A DNA stretch of 64,000 nt from Myxococcota bacterium (GTDB lineage Bacteria; Myxococcota_A; Polyangia; Polyangiales; Sandaracinaceae): NCBI GenBank assembly GCA_036149055.1, contig JAYZQJ010000014.1:1-64000 (forward strand), written 5' to 3'. Positions 32,455 to 40,776 of this stretch are shown piece by piece. The notes under the pieces were generated by a model that had not been told where the DNA came from, ran no database searches, and saw only the letters and a program-made list of their open reading frames with translations. Positions within the stretch are counted from its first letter, which is position 1. Each line of letters starts with the position of its first letter. The translations under genes and the position numbers were made by a program.

Positions 32455-33177
32455 ATGCTGCACGGCGCCACCGTCGCCGTCGTGGTGCCCGCCCACGACG
32501 AAGCCCGCCTCATCGCGCGCACCCTCGCGTCGATCCCCGCCTGGGTGGATCGTGTGGTGGTGGTCGACGACGCGTCGAGCGACGACACGAAGGGCCGGGC
32601 CGAGGGCTGCGGCGATCCGCGGGTCACCGTGGTCCGCCACGCGGTCAACCGGGGCGTCGGCGCCGCGATCGTGACCGGCTACCGGGAGGCGTTCGAGGCC
32701 GGCGCCGACGTGGCCGCGGTGATGGCCGGCGACGCTCAGATGGATCCGGCGGATCTCCGGGCGGTGGTCGAGCCGGTGGCGCGCGGCGAGGCCGACTACG
32801 TGAAGGGCAACCGGCTCGCGCATCCGGACGCGCGCCGCGCGATGCCGCTCTTCCGGCTGGTCGGCAACCACGCGCTGAGCGCCCTGACCCGGCTCGCCAC
32901 CGGGCTCGACGTGCACGACTCGCAGTGCGGCTACACCGCGATGCATCGCCGGGTCGCCGAGCGGGTGCGGCTGCAGCGGCTCTGGCCCCGCTACGGCTAC
33001 CCGAACGATCTGCTCTCGCGGCTGGCGGTGGCGCGGCTGCGGGTGCGCGACGTGCCGGTGCGGCCGGTCTACGCGGACGAGGAGAGCGGCATCCGCACCC
33101 ACGATCTGCTCGTGAGCTTCCCGCTCGTGATCGGCCTCGGCTTCGCCCGGCGCCTGGCCGCGCCCACGAGGCCGTGA
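32455..33177 (+). CDS. Glycosyltransferase family 2 (DPM synthase-like)
   Basis: VVVPAHDE, VVDDASSD, NRGVG, AGDAQ, DSQCGY. Confidence 0.9.
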   Translation: MLHGATVAVVVPAHDEARLIARTLASIPAWVDRVVVVDDASSDDTKGRAEGCGDPRVTVVRHAVNRGVGAAIVTGYREAFEAGADVAAVMAGDAQMDPADLRAVVEPVARGEADYVKGNRLAHPDARRAMPLFRLVGNHALSALTRLATGLDVHDSQCGYTAMHRRVAERVRLQRLWPRYGYPNDLLSRLAVARLRVRDVPVRPVYADEESGIRTHDLLVSFPLVIGLGFARRLAAPTRP

Positions 33178-33195
33178 CCCCGAAGCTGGTGCCGC

Positions 33196-34371
33196 GTGCA
33201 GATCGGGATGCTGACCACGAGCTATCCGCGCTTCGACGGGGACGTCGCGGGGGTGTTCGTGCGCGGCATGGCGCGCGCGCTGGCCGCGCGGGGGCACGGC
33301 GTCGAGGTCCTGGCGCCCCGGCCGCTCGAGGGAGACGCGCCGCCGTCCGACCCGGGCGTGCGGCTGGGCTGGGTCGACTACGGCGCCGGCCTGCGCACGT
33401 TCTACGGGGCCGGCGTGCCCGACAACGTGCGCGACCCGCGCGCCTGGCCGGGGCTGGTGACCTTCCCGCGGGCGCTGCTCGCGGAGGCGCGGGACCGGGT
33501 CAGCGGGTGGGACGCGGTGGTGAGCCACTGGGCGCTGCCCTCGGCGCTGATCGCCGGCGCCATCCGTGGAGAGCGCCCCCACGTGGCCGTGCTGCACTCG
33601 GCGGACGTGCACCTGATGGCGCGGCTGCCGCTCTCGTCCCGGGTCGCCGGGCGCGTGGGGCGGAGCGCGGACGAGCTCTGGTTCGCGTCGAACGCGCTGC
33701 GCAAGCGCTTCCTCCACCTCCTGCCCGCGGTGCCCCGCGCGCGCCTCGCGAGCCGGGCCCACGCGAGCGCGATGGGCGTGGAGCTCGAGGCGCCGAGCGC
33801 CAGCCGGCGGGCGCTCCGCGAGCGGCTGCGCTTCGATCGTTTCACGATCGCGTCGGTGGGCCGGCTCGTGCCGATCAAGGGGCTGGATCACGCGATCGAC
33901 GCCGTCGGCGGGGACGCCGGCCTGGAGCTCGTGCTCGCGGGAGACGGCCCGGCGCGAGAGGCGCTGGCGCGGCGGGCCGCTCGGCGTCGCGCGCGGATCC
34001 GCTTCCTCGGCGTGCGGGTCGGGGTCGACAAGGCGGACCTGCTCGCGGCGGCCGACGCGTTCATCGCGCCGTCGGTCGAGCTCTCGAGCGGCCGCACCGA
34101 GGGCACGCCGACGGCCGCGCTCGAGGCCGCCCTCGCCGGCTTGCCCCTCGTCGCCAGCGCGACCGGCGGCCTCGCGGAGCTCTTCGACGCGGAGAGCGCG
34201 TGGCTGGTCCCCCCGGGCGACGTCGGCGCGCTCCGGCGCGCCCTGCGCGAGTGCGCCCTCGATCCGGCGGCGCGCGCGGAGAAGTCGGCCGCGGCCCGCG
34301 AGATCGCCGAGGCGTTCACCTGGGACGTGCTCGCGCCTCGCATCGAAGATCTGCTGGAGCGGAACCGATGA
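33196..34371 (+). CDS. Glycosyltransferase family 4
   Basis: TTSYPR, HW.LP, VGRLVPIKG, EG.P...LEA (EX7E). Confidence 0.9.
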   Translation: MQIGMLTTSYPRFDGDVAGVFVRGMARALAARGHGVEVLAPRPLEGDAPPSDPGVRLGWVDYGAGLRTFYGAGVPDNVRDPRAWPGLVTFPRALLAEARDRVSGWDAVVSHWALPSALIAGAIRGERPHVAVLHSADVHLMARLPLSSRVAGRVGRSADELWFASNALRKRFLHLLPAVPRARLASRAHASAMGVELEAPSASRRALRERLRFDRFTIASVGRLVPIKGLDHAIDAVGGDAGLELVLAGDGPAREALARRAARRRARIRFLGVRVGVDKADLLAAADAFIAPSVELSSGRTEGTPTAALEAALAGLPLVASATGGLAELFDAESAWLVPPGDVGALRRALRECALDPAARAEKSAAAREIAEAFTWDVLAPRIEDLLERNR

Positions 34372-35063
34372 AGGGCCTCGACGCGCTCTACGCGGCCTTC
34401 TCCCGCTTCCCTTGCCCCACGCGGCTGACCGGCTGCCCGTGCTGCGTCGACGACGCCTGCTCGCGGAGGCTGACCCGGACGCCGCTCCGGGCGCTCGAGC
34501 CCGAGGCGCTCGGCCGGTACGCGTTCAAGGCGATGAGCACCTGGGGGACGGAGCGGGACTACGCGTACTTCGCGCCCCGGATCCTGGAGCTGTCCCGCGA
34601 CGGACACGACGCCTTCCCCGGCCTCGGAGTGGACGTGGTGGTCCGCAAGCTGCGCGAGGCCGGCCTCGAGACCTGGCCGGCCGACGTGCGCGACGCGGTC
34701 GACGCGTTCTTCGCCGCCTGGGCCGACGAGGTCGCCGGGAGCTGGCGCGCCCTCGAGCTGCTGGAGGGCGCGTCGCCGCAGATCTCCGACCCGGGGGCGT
34801 TCGTGAAGCGCTGGGCGGCGGCCGCGGGCCCGGTCGCGGTGGCCGACGCGATGCTGAGGCGCTGGGTCGGGCAGGGAGACTTCTTCGACCGCGACGCGCC
34901 GCTGGGCTGGCGCGGGACGGACGTTGCCGGCCGCGCCCTGGTCGCCCTCTTCCGGGACCCGGCGACGCACGCCTCGCTGGAGGGCGCGCTGGCGGCGACC
35001 TCGTCGGGGGAGGACGCCGAGGTGCTCGCGGCGGCGCTGGAGGCGCTGGAGCCGTTTCGGTAA
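34368..35063 (+). CDS. Hypothetical protein with an N-terminal CPCC motif
   Basis: ATGA overlap; LYAAF...GCPCC...AMSTWG...DY.YF.PRILEL. Confidence 0.75.
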   Translation: MKGLDALYAAFSRFPCPTRLTGCPCCVDDACSRRLTRTPLRALEPEALGRYAFKAMSTWGTERDYAYFAPRILELSRDGHDAFPGLGVDVVVRKLREAGLETWPADVRDAVDAFFAAWADEVAGSWRALELLEGASPQISDPGAFVKRWAAAAGPVAVADAMLRRWVGQGDFFDRDAPLGWRGTDVAGRALVALFRDPATHASLEGALAATSSGEDAEVLAAALEALEPFR

Positions 35064-35116
35064 GCCCGACCTTCGGGCACGGGCAGGGGCACGGGGAGCA
35101 GGCCGCTGCGGCCTGC

Positions 35117-35833
35117 TCAGGGCTGGATGCGGCGGGTGCCGGCGGGGGGGCGCCAGCGGAAGGCGCTCTCGGGCACGTCGCGGTTGAGCTGCTGCTCGAG
35201 GAAGTCGAAGCGGTTCACGTTGTTCGACGAGTCCACGATCATGATCCGGTGCACGACGCCGCGGCGCGACGCGTCGTCGTCGACGAAGAGCAGGATGCGC
35301 GAGTAGTGGGGCGTCGGGCGGCGGCTCCGCAGCTCGAGGACCTGGCCCTCGGAGTAGCCGAGGCGCGAGGCGTCGAGGAGACGGAAGCGGAAGTTCTCGT
35401 CGAGGCGGCCGGTGCCGGTGAGGAAGCTGAGCGCCGCGGGGAGCTGCGCGTCGCTGATCGGCTGCTGGTAGTACTGCCCGCGCTGCTGCCCCGGATCCGG
35501 CGGCTCGAAGACGGTGAGCTGCTGCCCGTCGCTGACCACGATCTTCCCGTTGGGCTCCTCGTAGTCGAAGCGCATCATGCCCGGCTTGCGGAAGCGCACC
35601 CGGCCGCGGCTCACGTCCGTCCGGTCGTAGACCCGGTTGCGGTACCGCTGCACGAAGCGAGCGCTCATCGTGCGGGTCTGGTCGTAGAAGGTCTGAACCC
35701 ACGACGCGACCTCGGCCGCGCTGGGGCGAGACTGCGCCTCGGCCGGCTCGCTGGCGCCGGCGCCGAGGAAGGCGAGGCCGCCCGCGAGGGTGAGCGCGGC
35801 CGCCCGGAGCATCGTTCGAGGGGACTTCATCAT
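35117..35833 (-). CDS. lolA: Outer-membrane lipoprotein carrier LolA family protein
   Basis: Signal peptide; ARFVQ, G.V.FRKPG.MRFDY, IVVSDG, F.W.PP.G; start uncertain (35830-35869). Confidence 0.85.
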   Translation of the reverse strand: MMKSPRTMLRAAALTLAGGLAFLGAGASEPAEAQSRPSAAEVASWVQTFYDQTRTMSARFVQRYRNRVYDRTDVSRGRVRFRKPGMMRFDYEEPNGKIVVSDGQQLTVFEPPDPGQQRGQYYQQPISDAQLPAALSFLTGTGRLDENFRFRLLDASRLGYSEGQVLELRSRRPTPHYSRILLFVDDDASRRGVVHRIMIVDSSNNVNRFDFLEQQLNRDVPESAFRWRPPAGTRRIQP

Positions 35834-36128
35834 CGTTCTCCGCATGGACTGACCGGCCTTGTCCTTCATTCAGCCGAGGCCCGCAAGTGGGCCGCGCAAC
35901 ACCCGCCGACGCGGCGCTGTTCCCGCCGGGGGCCAGCGCTCCGTCCTGCCCCATCCCGCGTCCGTGACCCCCGTGGGGCGATGTTGATCAGCCGTCACGT
36001 CCCGGCTACGATGAGGCCGTCTCGGGTCATCGGGCTCGGGTCTTCGGCTTAGGCTTTCCTTGACACTCAGTTTCTGTTCACCGTGCCTCTCGAGAGGAGA
36101 GGGGCAGCGGTCATTGGACGGAGGTTCC

Positions 36129-36329
36129 ATGAGCAGGTCTCAGCGCCGAATCGAAAGCAACAAGAACATCTCCCGGCTGGAAAAGCGCCACAAGCAGCTG
36201 AAAGCTGAGGTCGCGGAGTATGAATCGAGGCTGGGGCTCAACCCTGAGGAACAGGTCAGACTACAGAGGCTGAAGAAGGAGAAGCTAGCGACGAAGGACG
36301 AGCTGAGTCGGATCTCGTCCGTACCGTAG
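36129..36329 (+). CDS. Small coiled-coil protein, YdcH/DUF465-like
   Basis: LEKRHKQL...RLKKEKLATKDEL signature; GGAGG RBS; TTGACA at 36060. Confidence 0.8.
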   Translation: MSRSQRRIESNKNISRLEKRHKQLKAEVAEYESRLGLNPEEQVRLQRLKKEKLATKDELSRISSVP

Positions 36330-36347
36330 CCCTCCCATGACGCGATG

Positions 36348-36380
36348 ACGGCAGAGGTTCTCCTCTGCCGTTTTTCTTTT
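36348..36380 (+). terminator. Intrinsic terminator
   Basis: ACGGCAGAGG-TTCT-CCTCTGCCGT followed by TTTTCTTTT. Confidence 0.85.
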
Positions 36381-36398
36381 CTCCCGTTCGTCCGCGCC

Positions 36399-36851
36399 TC
36401 AGGCGTCCGGAGCGGCTTCGTCCGTGGAGGGCTCCTCCGCGGGCGCCTCGCCCCCGGCCGTCTCCTCCTCGACCGCTCCCGCCTCGGGCGGGCGGTGGCT
36501 CATGCCGCGCGGCGTGAGCTCCACCAGGGTCCGGTCCATGATCTGGCGCCACTCCGGCCGCAGCCCCGCGCCCTGATCGCCGGCGACCTCGCGCGCCACC
36601 GCCAGGTAGTGCAGCGCGTCGAGGCGATGCCCGAGGCGATACTCGGTCATGCCGCGCAGGTAGTAGTACCGAGCGCGCATCTCGAGGTCCATCGTGGGCG
36701 CGTCGTCCTCGAGGTCACGAAGCCAGATCAGCGTGTCCTCGTAGCGCGCCTGCTCGTAGGTGGCCTCGGCGCGCTGCATGTCGTCGCTGATCGCCGCGCA
36801 GCCGGTCGCGCCGATCGCGAGCGCCAGCACCGCCCAGTTGAACCGCTTCAT
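36399..36851 (-). CDS. Hypothetical TPR-like lipoprotein
   Basis: MKRFNWAVLALAIGATGC lipobox; YYYLRGMTEYRLG. Confidence 0.8.
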   Translation of the reverse strand: MKRFNWAVLALAIGATGCAAISDDMQRAEATYEQARYEDTLIWLRDLEDDAPTMDLEMRARYYYLRGMTEYRLGHRLDALHYLAVAREVAGDQGAGLRPEWRQIMDRTLVELTPRGMSHRPPEAGAVEEETAGGEAPAEEPSTDEAAPDA

Positions 36852-37010
36852 GCGGCCGAGCGTATCAGAGCCCCGCCGCCGCCGGAATGTAAGGCGACCG
36901 TGGGGCGTCTCCCCCATGGCGGTCGCGCGAGCGCGAGGTTACCCTGATCGGGAAGTCGCGCTTCACTCGATGCCTTCAGGCGGAAGAGGCGCGGCCGTTC
37001 GGATCGAGCA

Positions 37011-37048
37011 GAAAAAGGAACGCCCGGCGAGCTGCAACTCGCCGGGCG
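37011..37048 (-). terminator. Intrinsic terminator of the candidate sRNA
   Basis: 11-bp stem CGCCCGGCGAG/CTCGCCGGGCG followed by TTCCTTTTTC on the minus strand. Confidence 0.85.
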
Positions 37049-37352
37049 AAAGACCCGGTCACCCGGGAAGATTCTGCGAAGTCAGGCTGTCGAGAAAAAA
37101 GTAAGCAACCAAGCCGGAAGCAAGTAGATAAGGAAGCTCGTCAGCTGGCCGCGGCTCCCTCGACGAATCGAGGTTGCGATCGAAGCGGACAGCCCAAGAA
37201 AGAAAGCGAAGCTGGAATGGAGCCCGACGGGGTCAAACGGCCGGTCTCCGAAGCTTCGGCTCGAAAGCCGAGAAGCTGTTAAGCGAAGAAGCTCTGGTTG
37301 GCAAGCAAAGGGCAGTAGGAAGCGGTCGGGGTTCGCCTCGGCCGCTTTCTGC
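37011..37352 (-). ncRNA. Candidate sigma-54-dependent sRNA (~340 nt) with repeated GCUU motifs
   Basis: Bounded by a -24/-12 promoter and a terminator; 5' hairpin; U/C-rich; 14 GCUU motifs; no credible ORF. Confidence 0.65.
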
Positions 37353-37362
37353 GTTCGTATGA

Positions 37363-37379
37363 AGCAATCGCGGTGCCAG
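37363..37379 (-). promoter_or_regulatory. Sigma-54 (-24/-12) promoter
   Basis: CTGGCACCGCGATTGCT = TGGCAC-N5-TTGC consensus. Confidence 0.85.
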
Positions 37380-37472
37380 CGAGGCCTCTGAAGGGGCCTC
37401 GGCGAAAAACCCAATGATTCTCAGATCGGCGCCCCGAGCCCATCCCGAACCGGCCGCGTCACCGCCTGCGCA

Positions 37473-37492
37473 CCATGACATCGGTGTCATGG
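37473..37492. promoter_or_regulatory. Candidate enhancer-binding-protein site
   Basis: CCATGACA-TCGG-TGTCATGG inverted repeat 120-140 bp upstream of the predicted TSS. Confidence 0.45.
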
Positions 37493-37565
37493 GGGGCCGA
37501 ACGCGAACGGGGCCCGGCGACGGATCGCCGAGCCCCGTGGGCTGAAGTCGGGTCAGACGACCGGG

Positions 37566-39419
37566 TTACCGGGCTTTACGCGCCACCACCGCGGCGAGCC
37601 CCAGGGCCCCGAGCGCGTTGAGCAGCAGCCACGGGCCGATCATCGCCTCGGGCAGGAGCGCGAAGCGGAGGGTCGGCCAGAGCGCCTCGACCGCCATGAA
37701 CGCCGCGCTGCCGATCCCGAGCCCGACGAGCAGCGGGCGGAGGCGCTTCACGTGGTAGCCGAGGGCCACCGCGCCGAGCGTCGGCAGCGCGCTGACGAGG
37801 AGCAGCGCGCCCCACGCGCCCAGCGGAGAGGCGGCCGCGCCCAGCGCGCCGAGCGAGAGGAGCCCGCCCAGCCCGCCGAGGCCGGCGAGCGCCCAGGGGA
37901 GCGCGCCGAGCCCGCCGGCGCCGACCACCGCGAACGCCGCCGTCCCGGCCGGGGCGACGCCGAGCGCCTGCTTGCGGCGCAGGCCGAGCAGCACGAGCAG
38001 CGAGAGCCCGAGCGCCGCGGCGCCGCGGGCCAGGCCGCCCTCCTGCGTCGCCTTCGACAGCGCCGCCGGCGCCTGCACCAGGCCGGAGCCATACCGGTGG
38101 GCGTCGCCGAGGTCGTCGGCGCTCTGCTTCAGGATGCGCTCGACCGAGTCGGGATCGGTCACGCCGTTGGCGTAGAGGAGCGCGGCCACGCCGGCGACGT
38201 GCGGGGCGGCCATCGAGGTGCCCTGCCAGGCGAGGTAGTCGAAGCGCGCGGTGTCGCCGCGGACCATCGTGTTCTGCAGCACGCCGTCCGGCATGCCGTC
38301 GCCGTTCTGGTCGACCCGGAGGTCACCGCCCGGCGCGACCACGTCGAGCCCGGTGCCGTAGCAGGAGTAGAAGGTGAGCTCGCGGTCGTAGCGGACCGCG
38401 CCCACCGCGACGACGTGGTTGGCGCGCGCCGGGTACTCGACCCGGCTGCGGCTCGAGTTGCCGGCCGCCGCGACCACCAGCACGCCCTTGCCGTGCGCGT
38501 AGTCGATGGCGCGCTGCACGGCGCGCGACGGCATGCCCCCGCCGAGCGACATGTTGATGACGTGGGCCCCGTGGTCGGCGGCGTAGCGGATGGCGGCCGC
38601 GATGCCGCCCCAGCCGCCGGTGCCGTTCCGGTCGAGCACCTTCAGCGGCATGATGGTCGCCTCGGGCGCGACGCCGGCGACGCCGACGCCGTTGTGGGTG
38701 CTCTGGGCCACCGTGCCGGCGACGTGGGTGCCGTGCCCGTGCTCGTCGTCGGGGTGCGCGTCGCCGTCGACGAAGTCGTAGCCTTCGGCGAAGCGGGTCT
38801 GGCCGAGGTCGGGCGCGAGGTGGAAGCCCCCCTCCTCGCGGTGGGCGACGCCGGTGTCGATCACCGCGACCACGACGCCGGCGCCTCGCGACATCGTCCA
38901 CGCCCGAGGCATGCCGATCTGGTCGAGGTGCCACTGGTGCGGGTAGTAGGGGTCGTTCGGCACGAAGCGGTCGGGATCGTCGGAGGGCGCCGGGGCCTGC
39001 CCGGTCGGGCGGACGTAGGCGGCGGCGTCCGGGAGCGACCAGCGGCGCTCGACCTCGACCACCTCGACGTCGGGGTCGTCCGAGAGCGCTCGGATCACGT
39101 CGTCGATCTCGCTGAGCGGCGGCTCGATCCGGAAGAGGTTGGCCTCGTCGCTCAGCTCGTCGCCGAGCGCGGCCTCGCCGGCCGGCCAGCGGAAAGGCGC
39201 AATCGCGCGCACGATCCGGGCGGCGGCGTCCGCGTGGTCCGCGTCGCTGGCGCCGTCGTCGAGGTCGACGAGCACCGCGCCGGTCGGCGGATCCACCGGC
39301 CCGGAGAGCGGGGCGGCCGAGGTGACGAGGCCGTCACCGGTCCGCGCGGTCACGGAGAAGATCACCATGACGAGGAAGGCCGCACCGAAGAGGCCGAGGA
39401 TCCACAGATGTCGCTTCAA
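37566..39419 (-). CDS. Subtilisin-like S8 serine peptidase with C-terminal transmembrane helices
   Basis: VAVIDTG, HGTHVAG, AAAGN, GTSMAAPHV; TTG start with GGGGAG RBS. Confidence 0.93.
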   Translation of the reverse strand: MKRHLWILGLFGAAFLVMVIFSVTARTGDGLVTSAAPLSGPVDPPTGAVLVDLDDGASDADHADAAARIVRAIAPFRWPAGEAALGDELSDEANLFRIEPPLSEIDDVIRALSDDPDVEVVEVERRWSLPDAAAYVRPTGQAPAPSDDPDRFVPNDPYYPHQWHLDQIGMPRAWTMSRGAGVVVAVIDTGVAHREEGGFHLAPDLGQTRFAEGYDFVDGDAHPDDEHGHGTHVAGTVAQSTHNGVGVAGVAPEATIMPLKVLDRNGTGGWGGIAAAIRYAADHGAHVINMSLGGGMPSRAVQRAIDYAHGKGVLVVAAAGNSSRSRVEYPARANHVVAVGAVRYDRELTFYSCYGTGLDVVAPGGDLRVDQNGDGMPDGVLQNTMVRGDTARFDYLAWQGTSMAAPHVAGVAALLYANGVTDPDSVERILKQSADDLGDAHRYGSGLVQAPAALSKATQEGGLARGAAALGLSLLVLLGLRRKQALGVAPAGTAAFAVVGAGGLGALPWALAGLGGLGGLLSLGALGAAASPLGAWGALLLVSALPTLGAVALGYHVKRLRPLLVGLGIGSAAFMAVEALWPTLRFALLPEAMIGPWLLLNALGALGLAAVVARKAR

Positions 39420-39516
39420 AGGTCGCTCCCCTGCTCAGGGTGGTCGGACGGACGGATCCCGCCCCACCTTGGGGTCTACGCTTCAATGTAGGGCGCGATT
39501 CCCCGGACGACCAATG

Positions 39517-40632
39517 TCAGGCGCGACGGGGGAGCATCGCCCAGACCTGACAGAAGCCCGCCGCGGCGACCGCGCAGAACAGCGGGAGCGCGAGGGTCGC
39601 GATCCAGCGGGCGTCGGTCAGGGCGAGATCCGAGAGCGTCCGACCCGGGAACGCGGCCACCGCCATCGCGCCCGCGCTGTGCAACGCGAGCCAGACGAGG
39701 AGCGCGAAGCCCGCGATCCAGGCGCCGCCGTGCCCGGTGGGATCGAGGAACGAGAGCGCGGCGCTCACGAGCACGACCACCAGGACGAGGCGGCTGATCG
39801 GGCCGACCCAGGACTGCCAGGCGAGCGTCTCGACCACGAAGCCGTCGACGCCGCCGGAGAAGAGGAGCCAGCTGGTCGCCGCCGCGAGGCTGAGCCCGAC
39901 GAGGATCCGCGCGAAGCGGCTCTTGCGGTGGGCGGCCCGGTAGAAGAGCGACGAGGCGCCGAGCACCGCGCAGGCCACGAGGAGCGGGGTCGCGGCGCCG
40001 TCCGACTGGGCGCTCAGCCAGGCGACCCAGCCCGCGCCGGCGCCGCCGACCAGGGCCAGGGTGGCCCCGCGCACCCGCGCCTCGACCGGGGCGAGGCCCA
40101 CCGCGGCGCAGAGGAAGAAGAGCGCCGCGAGCCCGAGCGCGCTGCCGGCGAGGCCGCCCATGGCGATGACCCCGACCAGCCCGCCGACGCCGACCGCGAC
40201 CGCGCCCCAGCGGTTGGTGCGCTCGAGGGGCGCCTTGGGCCACCAGTCCTGCCGGAGCAGCTCCGACGCGAGGTAGCGCGGGCGCTGGACGGTCTCTTCG
40301 TCGTCGCGCCGCTTCTTGCCCGAGGCGACGGGAGCCTGGGTGAGCTGGGTGCCCGAGACGTCGGGCGCCTGGACCCGGCGACGCTTCGCGGTGGACGGAG
40401 AGCGCGGGAACTCCACGACCTCGCCGCCCTCCCCCGGCAGCCCCGCCGGGCGGAGCATGCGCTCCGAGGACTCGTCGGAGGCGTCGTCGGCCCAGGTCCC
40501 CGCGGGCACGATCGAGTTGCCCGTGACCTCCTCCGTCGGGAAGTCGAGCACGCGTGCGCCCTCCGACTCCTCCGAGGGAGGCTCCGGGACGTCGGGCTGT
40601 GGTTGCTTGTGTGGGAAGCTGCCGTCGCTCAT
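39517..40632 (-). CDS. Hypothetical integral membrane protein with a disordered N-terminus
   Basis: Acidic/Pro-rich N-terminus, then about 8 hydrophobic segments. Confidence 0.75.
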   Translation of the reverse strand: MSDGSFPHKQPQPDVPEPPSEESEGARVLDFPTEEVTGNSIVPAGTWADDASDESSERMLRPAGLPGEGGEVVEFPRSPSTAKRRRVQAPDVSGTQLTQAPVASGKKRRDDEETVQRPRYLASELLRQDWWPKAPLERTNRWGAVAVGVGGLVGVIAMGGLAGSALGLAALFFLCAAVGLAPVEARVRGATLALVGGAGAGWVAWLSAQSDGAATPLLVACAVLGASSLFYRAAHRKSRFARILVGLSLAAATSWLLFSGGVDGFVVETLAWQSWVGPISRLVLVVVLVSAALSFLDPTGHGGAWIAGFALLVWLALHSAGAMAVAAFPGRTLSDLALTDARWIATLALPLFCAVAAAGFCQVWAMLPRRA

Positions 40633-40776
40633 GCGACCCGCTCCAGGCCAGAACCTTCGGGCCCATCATACCTCCGTCGCCCTCGAAGCGCTCCCCGAAT
40701 GGCCGGTGGTGTAGGTAGATGTAGGCATCGCCATCGGAGCGTGTACCGAGCGGCCGCGCCGCGTACCATCGCCGGG

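Noticed and set aside
37060..37330. Plus-strand reading as a CsrB/RsmZ-like GGA-repeat RNA
   Set aside because: Only a few GGA motifs; both the promoter and the terminator U tract are on the minus strand
37011..37352. Identification as Pxr, 6S, tmRNA, SRP or RNase P RNA
   Set aside because: I could not see hallmark sequences of these RNAs, and it is longer than mature Pxr; an Rfam search is needed to exclude them formally
37082..37414. 110-aa minus-strand ORF (and 37174..37362 +) over the candidate sRNA
   Set aside because: Starts upstream of and spans the sigma-54 promoter; atypical codons; no RBS or recognisable motif
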